Source: Gonapodya sp. JEL0774 (taxonomy: Eukaryota). From it: a DNA stretch of 64,000 nt. Both the position numbers and the translations under genes were made by a program. Of this stretch, positions 12,301 through 23,338 are shown in pieces. The stretch lies in contig JADIIX010000021.1 of NCBI GenBank assembly GCA_027604505.1, positions 124,001-188,000 of the forward strand, read 5' to 3'. Each line of letters begins with the position of its first letter. Position 1 is the first letter of the stretch. The notes under the pieces were generated by a model that saw only the letters and a list, made by a program, of their open reading frames with translations, ran no database searches and had not been told where the DNA came from.

Positions 12301-14577
12301 ATGGCCCGTCTAGCAGGTCTCGATGCCCAGCGCGCAAATCCCCAAGAAGATGGATCGGGTTTGTGGGGCCTTTATCAAGGGCTGCGAAGGAGGGTCACGG
12401 GGGAGACAAAGGGTGCGGAGACCTCGCCAGGCGGTGAGTTGCGGTGCGGTGCGGTGGTGGAAGACGGGGGCGGTGAAGGTCGATGGAGGGAAAATTTGAT
12501 TCGAAAATTGGGGAGAACGAAGGTCGTCGGTGAGACCGGCATTCATACCTCTGACCATTTCTCGTTCCTCTGATCCAGCATCCACCCCTCCACTCGTTCC
12601 ACCCCCGGCGTCCGATTCTGTGAATGAATTCGGCATGGACACGGTCTGCAATTTCAGGGATGTCCTGGCGGGGAAAGTGGGCAAGGGGGGCCGGTGAGTG
12701 GGCAATTGCGGAGCCGGTGGGAGGAGACGGAATACGCGAGCTTTCCTTGTCGAATCTGTGTCAATGGCGGAGCGGGAGTGACGGGGATTCGCTTTTGAAG
12801 CGGTGTTCTTTCGCCGTGTGAGATCTGTGAGAACGAATTTTGAAAACGAGTCGTTGTCGTGGTGGAGAGGTGATGTCTTCATACCGATTCCCGTCACACA
12901 GCCTGGTTGAACTGTGCCTACTTTATCTTCTTTTTCTGATTCTATACACTGATGTATCCTTGAACACATGGTCTTTCCCGACTCACTGCCAGAGCCCTCA
13001 CCCCCGGCCTCATCTTCCGCTCAGCAACAATGGGTAAGCAAACGAGCGTCCCCTATAGACCCAAAATGGATTCTGCGACCCTTGTCTCACACCATCGTGC
13101 ACCGTCACCACGTGACGACGTACCGTATCCTTTCGTATCGTGTCAGACATGGCCTCCGTACACGACACCAAGACCATCCTCGACGATCTGGGCGTTCGCA
13201 CCATACTGGATTTGCGGAGAAAGTGTGCATACTCGTCGCTGTTTGCTATTTCTGTCTTTGTGAATCTCTCGTCGTGTCCCGTAGAGACGAATCCGGTAGT
13301 TCTGACCTGCACAAACCCTTCCGCGTCGTCGCCAAGCCTGCCGAGGTGAGTTCCGGCGGTGGCAGGTGATTCACGATCCCCTAGTTGTTCCTACCTCTCA
13401 CTCCTCCGACCCCCAGATCAACGCCATCATCGCCTCCCTCCCAAATTCCTACACCCCGGACGAAAAACCGACTCCACCGCCACCACTCCCTCGAACGGTG
13501 TTCAAGCTCGACTTGATGTCCAAAGTCACCAGAGCGTTGATGTGGGAGATGAAGTGGTGGGAGATCGTGTGAGTGGCGTGGGAGGCGGGTGTTCGTGGTG
13601 CGGTGTGGAGTGCGGTTCAACACCACAGGAGGCGGTTCCTCATCGGCTTTCCCCGCATTTTTAGTGTGTTCATCGTCCTCATGTTGTGCTGTCTTCGAAA
13701 CGTCGCGGTGAAGTTCGCCGTGAACCGGTAAGTTCCGGTCGTTGTGCCTTTACTAGATGGTAATTGCGAATGCCCGTAACAAAATTTTCTCCCCTACCTA
13801 TCTTTGTCTTTCTTCCGTCGTCCTATGGGTAGCACGATCGTCAAGTGGGACGATAATTTGGCAGGCATGTCCAAGCGAATGATGGAAAAGTCGAGGGAGG
13901 AGATGAGGCAGGTGCGTAGGTCTGGCGTGAACCGTGCATAATAGATGAGGTATCGGCCTCACAAAGGAACAAGCACAAGGGGCCCAAACGGTTGGGAAGC
14001 AACTGCATGTGAATTTCATCGGTCGCCGGACCAAACCCCCGCCCTCCACCCCGCCCAACCCACCCAGGCCTTCCTCCTCCTCTCTTACTCCTCTACCTAC
14101 CCTCTCGTCTTCCACTGCTCCGCCGGGAAAGACCGCACAGGCCTGGTCGCACTCCTCCTCCTGACCCTCCTCGGCGTGCCCCGAGCCACGGTGCTGTGGG
14201 ACTTCCAGCGCTCCGAGCTCGAACTGGCGTCGGTTCGGTGGTTTCTCGTCGAGGAGGTGGAAAAGCAAGGACTTGGGAAGGAATGGGCCGAGGCACCGAG
14301 TTGGGTGGCCGAACGCGTGTTGGAGTACGTGGACGGGGCGTACGGTGGGGTGGAAGGGTACTTGGAGAGTATCGGTATCACCGAGGAAGATCGGGCCCGG
14401 ATCAAGGCGAACTTCACGGTCGCCGGAGTGGACGCTCGCGAACTGAAACCACCTGCCGGTCGTGGCGGGGACGTGAAGCGACGCGGGTCTGTGCCGGAGA
14501 AGGCTGCAGTGAGTGGAATCAAGGTTGGAGTCGCGGAAGAGGTGCACGAGGGAATTGGGTTGGCGGAGCAGGAGTGA
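12301..14577 (+). CDS. Protein tyrosine/lipid phosphatase-like (Y_phosphatase3 family)
   Basis: Spliced motifs appear in the expected order: VCNFRDV (~12644), PGLIFRSATM (~13003), LGVRTILDLR (~13188), PLVFHCSAGKDRTG (14101-14142, CX5R loop), and a C-terminal YGGVEGYLESIGI. Confidence 0.85.
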
Positions 14578-14624
14578 GAAACGGGGGGTAGGGGGAGGAG
14601 GAGCGGGTGGGGTGGGTTGGGAGG

Positions 14625-15060
14625 GTGTACTTGTGCAAGATGGGTTCTGTCCTCGTGCGTAAGGTTAAATAAGAGTTGGGGCGACGTCGGAAAGTTGGAA
14701 TGTGGACCCAGGCTGTCGTGATGGCGGAACACTGACCCATCCGCGTTTTTGGTGTCATCAAATCATTTTTATGAGCTACCGTCTTATGTAATTCGGTACC
14801 TCCTCGCACAAAACGTCAAGAAAATGAACAGAGTCTTTGAAACAGCCATTTGTCGAGACTCCAGCACTCTGGAGGCCCTTGCACTCGTATCGGGGGTATT
14901 CATTCTCACATATAATCCAGAAAAGAACCACAAAAGAAAGAAATACGAATATCAATGCGCGATTGTTTTCACAGAGTGTGAAAAAAAAAAGAGCAAAATT
15001 CGCACGATAATCATATGTACTCACGACGCCCCTCCCCCACCCGCCCCCCCCGTGTTCATT
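14625..15060 (+). repeat. Diverged direct repeat, copy 1 (pairs with 17945-18310)
   Basis: Collinear shared blocks, e.g. tgtcctcgtg..aataagagttggg..cccatcc.cgttttt.gtgtcatcaaatcatt..taccgtctt.tgt.attcggt..aagaaaat..ccagaaaag..aagaaat.cgaatat.aatgcg..acagagtgtg..cccgtgttcat. Confidence 0.8.
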
Positions 15061-15988
15061 GACTGCGAGACATGGCAGGGAGGATGGAACGCATGTGGAA
15101 TGTTTGAATTCCTGTCTTCCCGTGCCCCGAGGGATCTTCCGCCGATGGAAATTTCGCGTTAGCAGACACTGCGACGACGCCGCTGCTGGACCATCAAACA
15201 TCAACAATCCATCCACGCCTCGAAAGGGACGTCTTCCAGTTCTTGGCAGTCACCTTTCAGTACAAGACAACGCTTCTTCCGACCCTCGCCTTATCCGTAA
15301 CTGCAACCTATAGCGCACTTGGACTTCAGTGTGTGGACATGCAAGTGGGTTGGTTCGTGGGACGTTGACGTACCAGGTGGCGTAGTCATCGCTTTCTTCC
15401 GTCTTCGAATTCTACACTACCTTTGAATCGGCCACACCCAAAGTTGACTCTATCTACATCCTGCTCCATGTATGCGGCCGGTGCTCTCGTCACCCCACAC
15501 AGACATTGTCTTTGCTTGTCCTTTCAACCAGGGCTGTAAACTCGAGGTGCTGTTTGGGTATAGCACAAAGGCTGGAGCGCGGGCGGGGGGGAGAACCGGT
15601 GGCCAGGGTGGTGGATGTTTCTGAACAGTCTCGTTGCTGGCGTTGCCCTCCTCCCCCCCTCAAAAAAACGCGATTCCAGCGCGACCGTGACACCCCTGCA
15701 CCACTCCACGACAACAACCAGGAGTTCACACAACACTCGTTATTCACTGCGACGGCCGATGCGTGAGGCGATCTCTTTGTTCCCCGCACCGAGGCAGTCG
15801 AGTGATGATGGGATGGTTTTGGCACGTGCACGACGTCACGGTGGCAGAACTTGATACTCCCTTAAAATCTCCTTTCCCCCACCTCCCCTTTTCCCCCCTT
15901 CCCTTCTATTAAAACAAATATAAACAAATATATAACATGAAATACTTTGATGATCACGGAACTGCTACTGCTACAACCTTCCCCTCTT

Positions 15989-17648
15989 TCAATCGTCATC
16001 GAGCTCATAGCCCTTCAGAAGAGCAAATCGAGACTCCCACAACTTATTTTCATCGGTCATATTGCGAAGACTTGGTGCACAAGGGTTGAGCATTCCGAGT
16101 GGTGTGAAGACCTGACACGTGAGCCCGTTCCCCCAAGCGATGTAGTTATTTCGATCGGGCCACTTTTTCACCTTCCTATACCCCTCCGTAGCAGCAATCT
16201 CCGAGATCTTTTGGCAAGAGTGCTGTCGCAAAGTGTGCTTCATGAGTGATGTCCATGCAGAACTCGACATGGCCGTCGGTGCCAGCGCGCCGATACTCTG
16301 GAACACCGCTGGTGCATCCCGCACTCCACTCCATACACTCCATACCCCGCATACGGACGTGAAAGCTACAGATGCGTACGCACTCGCAGTAGGGATAATC
16401 CCAGCTGCTGCTGCGGCCCTTTTGGTCGCTTCTTCGGAAAGACCCAAGAGCTCAACGTTTGTGACCAGGGCCTTGACCGCGGAACCTGTACTTTCTGCTG
16501 CAATATCAAGCGCCACTTGAGTGTCCTTCAACGGGTTCATCGAAAAAATTTTCCGCACGATTTGCGCTGCGGTTCCGACCGGACGGGGGTTACTTTCAGC
16601 GATGTGTGCCCCGATTTCCAAAGTTCGTTTAGCATTTCGGTACTCCGCAAGGCTGTGGCTGAACCGGTCTGCGACGACCATATGACCATTATCCACCGCC
16701 TTTTGACCTAGATGCCACATCGTAAGGTAGATGCCAACGTTTGTGAGCGAAATGGCGTTGAACAGAGTGCATGTTGCGGCTGCAACCGCAGCAGGTCCAG
16801 CGTAAACCACTCCGGTACCTGCTGCAATGGTGTGAGCCGCTGTAAGGCCCAGACAATTGGCCGTGTGCCACCAGGTGGTGCTGTCAATGTGTGGGACGCT
16901 TATTTGACGTATCTCGCCGACCTGCAGGGGAACGTAAATTCAGTGCGTACGCCATGCGACCCACGAGATCAATCACAGTCACGTTGTGGGGGCCCCCGTA
17001 AATACCTGGGGGTGGAGAATATTGACAATGTTTGGTCGCGCAAGGTAGTTGACGCAGTTGTGTTGAAGCCACGCGACCTCATCAGGGTCGGCGACGCCGC
17101 CTCCCACACCAGGATTGTCCACTGCCACCACTTGCATTCGAAAGGTGGCTCCAACAAGACTTGCCATGGCTGCCCCGAGCGAATGGCCCGTGACGGCAAC
17201 AACTCGGTTCAAGAAACTAGACGTGAATGGGGACATGATCTTTCTGACCGCCGCTCTGATTGCGTGGTGAGTGGATCCAAGTTGAGACGCCAAATCGGTT
17301 TGTAAGTCATCAAAGGAACGTATTTTCTTGATGGCGTCCTCTGTCATGGCGGGACGCTGGCCCAATGCAAGTCCCAAGTCCGACAGCATGTTGAGCAACC
17401 CCGCTCGTTCCCCGAAACGCAACCACCACGTCCCCCCCTCCCGTCAGAAACGCCCAAAAGCCACTCTGAACTCGCTCGTAGAGAACAACACGAACGTCCC
17501 AGGTGTTGTGAGCCTCGATGATGCGAAGTACTTTCCATTCGTTGCCTCGGATATTGATGGTGGATCCCTCCACGAGGTCGGTCGCGTAAACGTGGCTGGA
17601 GAGTTGAATGCAGGTGAGATGCAGTTCTGGAACTGCGATTGGCGCCAT
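15989..17648 (-). CDS. Class-3-like lipase (GHSLG) with Ala/Gly-rich hydrophobic C-terminal extension; one apparent frameshift
   Basis: ATG 17648 leads to VVVAFRGTSG; an extra G at 17399-17402 shifts the frame. Then LLNMLSDL...VAVTGHSLGAAMA...AVDNPG...PNIVNILHPQ, intron 17005-16922, VGEIRQI..., and in-frame continuation into ORF 16810-15989. Confidence 0.75.
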
Positions 17649-17710
17649 GAAGTGCGTTTTGAGTTTTGCCGACCAAATTAACCTTTGGGGTTTGGGGGGG
17701 GGGGGGGGGG

Positions 17711-17720
17711 NNNNNNNNNN
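17711..17720. other. Scaffold gap (10 N) preceded by a poly-G run
   Basis: nnnnnnnnnn in the sequence. Confidence 0.99.
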
Positions 17721-17944
17721 CACCTCCGCTCGTGCGTGGCATGCGTCTCTTTCTCTCCTCCCTTTTCCCCTTGCCCTGCCCCGGGGGCCGCCGGGGGGGC
17801 TGCCGTGGGGGGGGGCGGGTTAGGATCGTGTGGCGTAGACCTTCAAGGGGTTTGGGGTTTGGCGTCGTTTAATTTCATACACAATATCATATGTCACGAC
17901 ACACGGGGAAGTACGGGGATGCAGGGGGATGCAGGGGGATGTAA

Positions 17945-18310
17945 TACCTGTGCAAGGTGGCAGTCCAGATGGTTTGTATGGTTTGTCCTCGTGTAATGTT
18001 GAATAAGAGTTGGGCGCAGTCGCAACTTTTCAATGTCGACGCTTGGTGTTCGTGACGGTGCAACAGTGGCCCCATCCACGTTTTTTGTGTCATCAAATCA
18101 TTCATTTGTGACGAGTTACCGTCTTGTGTTATTCGGTGCTTCGTGCGCAACAAAGTTAAGAAAATTCGTTCGGGGTAATTTCCGGGTATAATTTCTCACG
18201 TACAATTCCAGAAAAGGCAAGAAATTCGAATATAAATGCGAGACTTTTTTACAGAGTGTGTGCAAAAAATGATACGAGGGGGCTCACCACGCACCACGCC
18301 CGTGTTCATG
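17945..18310 (+). repeat. Diverged direct repeat, copy 2 (pairs with 14625-15060)
   Basis: Same ordered blocks as copy 1, with indels. Confidence 0.8.
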
Positions 18311-18905
18311 CCCCGTCCCCATCCCCCCTCGCGAGAAACCAAAGGTCGCTGTGCCATGCAATGCTTTTGGGTGGTGCAAATCTCGACCCGACCTCTGAGA
18401 CTCTCCACTGCACCTCGCTTCCACGCTGGATCCGTCGTGCACCACTATCCACCACCTTCCTCTCTCCCGCAATACCCCCTATCTATCATACAACCGGCCA
18501 GCCCACACGCGCGGCCATCATCCGCACCAGCCCGCAGCGCACCTGCTGCACCCACGATTCCCACACCGGTCACCAACCGTCCAACTGTTCGTTGACACGG
18601 TTCGGTTACTACCGTTGGACGAGGTGTACTTGGTGCAGTGCGGGTGTGTAGCGGGGTGGCCGCGCCCGAGTTGGCGGTGGGGTGCGGATTGTGCTAGCGG
18701 TTGGTTGGAGGACCTCGGCAGCAACAGTACCAGAATACCATTCAGAGCCAGCACCGCGATTGGGACCACGAGAGTCTCCATCCCGAGTCCCAGCAGCTCA
18801 CGAATCCCATCCGATTCCATCTGGCCAGATGAGTAGCGTCACCATGTTCCATATCGCCTCATCATCCTTGAGCAAACCCCAACACATCCCCCGTCGACCC
18901 ATCCC

Positions 18906-20849
18906 TCATTCCCTCCTCGCCACTCTCCCCGCACGTGCCGGGCCACCTCCACGTCCACCTCCAGCTCCCGCACCCCCACCACGGGGGGCACCTGCTCCGG
19001 ACATGCCGCCGACCCCGCGAGGAGAGGGCCGAACCGGACGAGACGACGATCTGAGCGGAGACGATGTCACAGAGATGGGATCGGGAGCAGCCGGTTGAAT
19101 TTTGAGACGGGCTCTGCCGGCGGGGGAGAGGGTAGTGGAGGTGGATGTGGATGCGGGTTTCGCGCGCGTGGTGGGCCGGCGGTCGGATTTCGAGGCGGAT
19201 CGGGTGAGTCGCGAGAGTGGGGTGGGACGGGGGGGTAGTGGGTGTGTGGGTGGAGAGGTGGATGTGGACTTGGATGAGCTGGGCGAGGGTGTGGTGGGTG
19301 TGAGGAGGTTGCCTTTGGAGGGGGTGGGGGTGACGGTGGTGGCAGGGGCAGTGATGGCCGGTGCTGGAGGTGGTTTGGAAACGGGATTGGGTTGTGCGGT
19401 GCTTGGTGTAGGAACGGACGTGGACGTGCGCGCACGGGATGCCGCAACGCCGACCGAGCCCGACGGAGGTGCGACGAGCACACCAGCCGCCACGGACACG
19501 GGTTTTGCCGACACGTGAGCATACGACTGCTGCTGCGTGGTGGACGCCGGCGCCGCGGTCTTCGCTGTGGTGGTCAAGACCGCAGGGGTCGCTGTCATTA
19601 TCTTGGCGGACACGGTGGTGGTGGTGGTGGACAAGGTGGTGGTGGTGGTGGACGCGGCAAACTCGGGAAACTCGTGGTAGAGGAAGGAAGGCAAGGGCTG
19701 GTACGACGCCAAAGGTGGAGTCGATGCGGATTTGATGGCGGCGTGGATGGCGGCGACGAGTGTGGCCTTTGAGGGGGATTGGGGACGGGGTTTGTGGATT
19801 GCGAGGGTGGAGGAGGGGGAGGAGGGGGACAATGGAGGGCTGCGACGGGTGAGGGCATGGCGCTGCAAAGAGGATGCGAGAGTGGTTTTTGTTGGGGTGG
19901 TGCGGATGGGACCACCGCCGACGGGGTAGGTGTCTGTTCGCGGGACTGTTGCAGTTTGGGAGGTGGAGAGAGTGTGTGTGGGAGGGTGAATGGGAGGGTG
20001 AGCACGAACAGCCGTTTGGGGTCGCAATGATGCGTGAGCGGAGGCGGAAATTGGAGGTCGTTGAGTTGACGGTGTGCCAGGTTCCGGTACCGGCTGACCA
20101 GGTGTCCGTGCTGCCCCTGCCACTGTTACTGCCCCCGCCACCGACGCCGTCGCCACCACGACTCTGGCGCGAGCGTCTGCAGCAGCTCTCTTGACTACTT
20201 TGGACCTCTCCAACTCGGCCAATTTCCTTTTCAGCAGATCCTTTTTTTGTGCCACAAGAAGGAGTTGCTCCGACCTGGAGGGTTCGGCCGGCGGCTGAAG
20301 ATGCGCAGGAACGTAGACTGGAAAACCTTCGTCATCTTCGTCGTCTTCGTCGTCGTCGAAATGGATTATCAGCGGGGGGTCGGCAAGAGGCAGATTGAGG
20401 TGGGCGCGGAGTCTGGAACGCCAGCTAGGCGGGTGCGAAGAGTGCGCGCTGGAATTGGCGCTGCTGTACGGGTGAAACAGACGTGTTGGCGAGTGCCGTG
20501 TTGGGTTCACGGGACCACACAGCGCTGGGAGTGGGGTTGACGGAGGGCTGGACGGAGAAGAGACCGCGACGGCCGCCACCTCCACCACCGGGCCCGATCG
20601 CCCCCCCGCCGTCGAGACTGCGGCAACAGCGGTCTCTGTGGATTCGATTTGTGCGAATTCTGGGCTGGAAAGGACGGAAATAACGGGCATCGGTGGGGTC
20701 GTTGGCCGGTCAGACGGCAGCTGTACCGGCACCGGCACGGGCACAGGATCGAGTCTCTCCCGCAAAAGTGGAAATTCCGATGATGAGAATAATGCCGGTG
20801 CGAAGGTCGAGCTCGACCCGGACGCCGTCTTGGCTCTTCGCCTGTTCAT
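18906..20849 (-). CDS. Low-complexity Pro/Ser/Thr-rich protein with a short coiled coil and RGG-like end; 3' end uncertain
   Basis: 647-codon open frame with an acidic patch DDDEDDEDDE, coiled-coil-like KKDLLKRKLAELERSK and C-terminal RGGGAGAGGGRGGG. No recognisable domain. Confidence 0.55.
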   Translation of the reverse strand: MNRRRAKTASGSSSTFAPALFSSSEFPLLRERLDPVPVPVPVQLPSDRPTTPPMPVISVLSSPEFAQIESTETAVAAVSTAGGRSGPVVEVAAVAVSSPSSPPSTPLPALCGPVNPTRHSPTRLFHPYSSANSSAHSSHPPSWRSRLRAHLNLPLADPPLIIHFDDDEDDEDDEGFPVYVPAHLQPPAEPSRSEQLLLVAQKKDLLKRKLAELERSKVVKRAAADARARVVVATASVAGAVTVAGAARTPGQPVPEPGTPSTQRPPISASAHASLRPQTAVRAHPPIHPPTHTLSTSQTATVPRTDTYPVGGGPIRTTPTKTTLASSLQRHALTRRSPPLSPSSPSSTLAIHKPRPQSPSKATLVAAIHAAIKSASTPPLASYQPLPSFLYHEFPEFAASTTTTTLSTTTTTVSAKIMTATPAVLTTTAKTAAPASTTQQQSYAHVSAKPVSVAAGVLVAPPSGSVGVAASRARTSTSVPTPSTAQPNPVSKPPPAPAITAPATTVTPTPSKGNLLTPTTPSPSSSKSTSTSPPTHPLPPRPTPLSRLTRSASKSDRRPTTRAKPASTSTSTTLSPAGRARLKIQPAAPDPISVTSSPLRSSSRPVRPSPRGVGGMSGAGAPRGGGAGAGGGRGGGPARAGRVARRE

Positions 20850-21084
20850 GAGTTTCTGGTTGAATCTCTGAGATGGCGACCAAGGACTTTTGTATGCCCA
20901 TCACCCAACTTCGCAATTATCCCAATTAAGCGGCAAACAGGCAGAATGACAGAGCGAATGCCATTTGCCAGGATATTTCTTCAAAGTACAATTCTGTATG
21001 GCTGAGCTGTTCCCGCCGTCATTGGTTCGGCAGAAGATTAACAAGGATACATGAAACCCGAAAGATAAACGCTCGGAGAAAGAC

Positions 21085-21740
21085 GCTCAAATATGTCTTC
21101 ATTGTACTCTTCTATTCTATATGCTGTTCCCCTCTATTAATCATACACCAACAAACTGTATAATGTAAGGCGAGCCTTTAGCCGTCACACCCGTCCATGA
21201 AAGAACGAGCGCGACGTTTCCAGGGTGCGCGCGTGGACGCCGCTCGCCAATGGCACCCCGTCCTGCGTATCCTCGGTCCCGCGTCTCCTCAATCCTGCGG
21301 TTCCTCAGTCCCGACCAGCGCCCCCCATCCTGATGGCGACGTGCTCCGACGCACGCGGTGGGATGGTCTCCTGTCAGGACAGGGCAGACCCCAGGGTAGG
21401 GAACACAGGGTCCTCCCGCCGTAGCCTGGAATTGACCACCCACAGTTCCCTCCGACGGGAATGGCCATGTTACACTCACGTAAGCTATCAATACATGTGG
21501 ACTTGATTGGAGTCGCATACGAGGGTCCGGCGGCGGTCTCGCGGTCTGGGCGCGGTTTGGCGCAGTTCGAGGTGGGTGAACCTAGGAACGCCAGAACGGC
21601 AAGCTGCAGGACGACCGAAGCCAAACGCGCGCTCTCTTACCGTTGGCGTCTGAGCTTCATAGTCGCGCTTTGTTGAAGTTCCGGTTTGTCAAATTATTGA
21701 TCAGATGGGCAGAACGGGCAAGCGATGGGGCGAAGTTCAA
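21085..21740 (-). repeat. Long inverted repeat, left arm
   Basis: The reverse complement matches 22320-22975; the core 21165-21530 is nearly identical. Confidence 0.92.
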
Positions 21741-22145
21741 CATTATAATAGAAGAATAGTTGCGTACCATAAATTGGGTACACATAACGTGAACACAATA
21801 AAACACTGTTTTGTATCAGCATTCCTTGTTATGGCTACGTTTCTACATTATGAAAAATTCAAATTGCTGTTCGTTGATTACACGCCACGGATTGTGGCCG
21901 TTTGGAGCTCGAGTTTGTGCTCCCGACAACTGGACCGCACGACATTGTACAAAGAACTGCACCTACCTTCTATGACATTGTTATTGCTTGGGAAGGCGCA
22001 AAGCACGCCGATTATCGGACGTGTTGGCGTGTTTGGCACTCACTGTTCTCGAGCGGGAACCCGGAGGGAGGTCGGCGTGGTGGTATCAGGCTTTGCTGTT
22101 GGAGTAACATCTGATGATATACGACACAGTGCTCACAAGTCACAA

Positions 22146-22310
22146 TTCAGAGTTCAGTGTGTTGGGTCAGGGTTCAGTGCACGGAGGTCAGACTTCAGTG
22201 TGTCGGGTTCTGCAGAGTTCAGTGAGTGTAATAGGTCAGACTTCAGTACATAGGTCAGAGTCAATTTATTTAGGTCAGATTTCAGTGAGTTGGGGTCAGA
22301 CTTCAGTATC
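22146..22310 (+). repeat. ~20-bp period tandem array, consensus GGTCAGAnTTCAGTG, about 8 copies
   Basis: GGTCAG units start at 22165, 22186, 22234, 22253, 22273 and 22294, with partial CAGAGTTCAGTG units at ~22148 and ~22213. Confidence 0.85.
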
Positions 22311-22319
22311 TTGCTTCTT

Positions 22320-22975
22320 GTATTGTCCTTCCCTTGCTTGCCTGTTGATCAATAATTTGACAAACCGGAACTTCCACAAAGCGCTACCACGAAGCTCAAA
22401 CGCCAGCGGTAAGAGAGCGCGTTTCTCTTCTGTTCTCCTCTCTGTCGTCCTGCAGCTTGCCGTTCTGGCGTTCATAGGTTTACCCACCTCCAACTGCGCC
22501 AAACACCCAGACCGCCAGACCGCCGGCAGACCCTCGTATGCGAGTCCAATCAAGTCCACATGTATTGATAGCTCACGTGAGTGTAACATGGCCATTCCCG
22601 TCGGAGGGAACGGTGGGTGGCCAATTCCAGGCCACGGCGGGAGGACCCGTGTTCCCTACCCTGGGGTCTGCCCTGTCCGGACGGGAGACCATCCCACCGC
22701 GTGCGTCGGAGCACGTCGCCATCAGGATGGGGGGCGCTGGTCGGGACTGAGGAACCGCAGGATTGAGGAGACGCGGGACCGAGGATCCGCAGGACGGGGT
22801 GCCATCAATTGGCGAGCGGCGTCCACGTCGCGCACCCTGGAAACGTCGCGCTCGTTCTTTCATGGACGGGTGTGACGGCTAAAGGCTCGCCTTACGTTGT
22901 ACAGTTTGTTTGCGTATCAATAGAGGGAGAACAGTGTATAGACTAGAGGAGTAAAATAAAGGAGATGTTCGAGGG
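22320..22975 (+). repeat. Long inverted repeat, right arm
   Basis: Example: ...catggacgggtgtgacggctaaaggctcgccttac (22861-22895) is the reverse complement of gtaaggcgagcctttagccgtcacacccgtccatg (21165-21199). Confidence 0.92.
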
Positions 22976-23338
22976 CATCCCTTTTTGCATGTACGTAATC
23001 ATTCTAATTTTGTCCTCTCCGTTCGTGAGATATGTTTAGTGCGTTCACCATGACCCGATGGTGAACAATCATTCCACCAAACCTTCGCGACAGCTCCCGA
23101 ATCGAATGGAACCCACAACAAGAGTGTAAAGTATTACGCTTGCGGGCACAAGGAGTGTAAAGTATCACGCATGCGGTCAGAAACGTTGCTCACACTAGAC
23201 AACGGGAGCAGGCCTTATTGAGACGAGGGTACACTAACTTCAGAATTCGTTCATCACGGGTAATACTAGTACACACTTCTTTACGTCTGATGTTACTTGC
23301 AGCTCCGTACAACCATCGAGAAGAGACAAATAAATAAT

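Noticed and set aside
15100..15850. Possible small spliced gene on the minus strand
   Set aside because: Splice-like signals are present but no consistent reading frame could be assembled.
22146..22310. CRISPR-like array
   Set aside because: The linkers are only 4-7 nt, the repeats are degenerate, the context is eukaryotic and there are no cas genes.
22654..22662. CCCTACCCT as a telomerase template for TAGGG repeats
   Set aside because: Only 9 nt in GC-rich DNA. It does not fit the common fungal TTAGGG repeat and no pseudoknot or other telomerase RNA element was identified.
22748..22850. Hammerhead ribozyme starting at CTGAGGA
   Set aside because: No GAAA closing a stem II at the proper distance and no stem III/NUH site.
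21141..22875. ORFs inside the inverted-repeat arms as proteins
   Set aside because: The two copies differ by frame-breaking indels and the translations show no domain.
23117..23180. Two-copy ~31-bp tandem duplication (GAGTGTAAAGTA..ACGC.TGCGG)
   Set aside because: Real but minor local duplication in intergenic DNA, with no sign of function.
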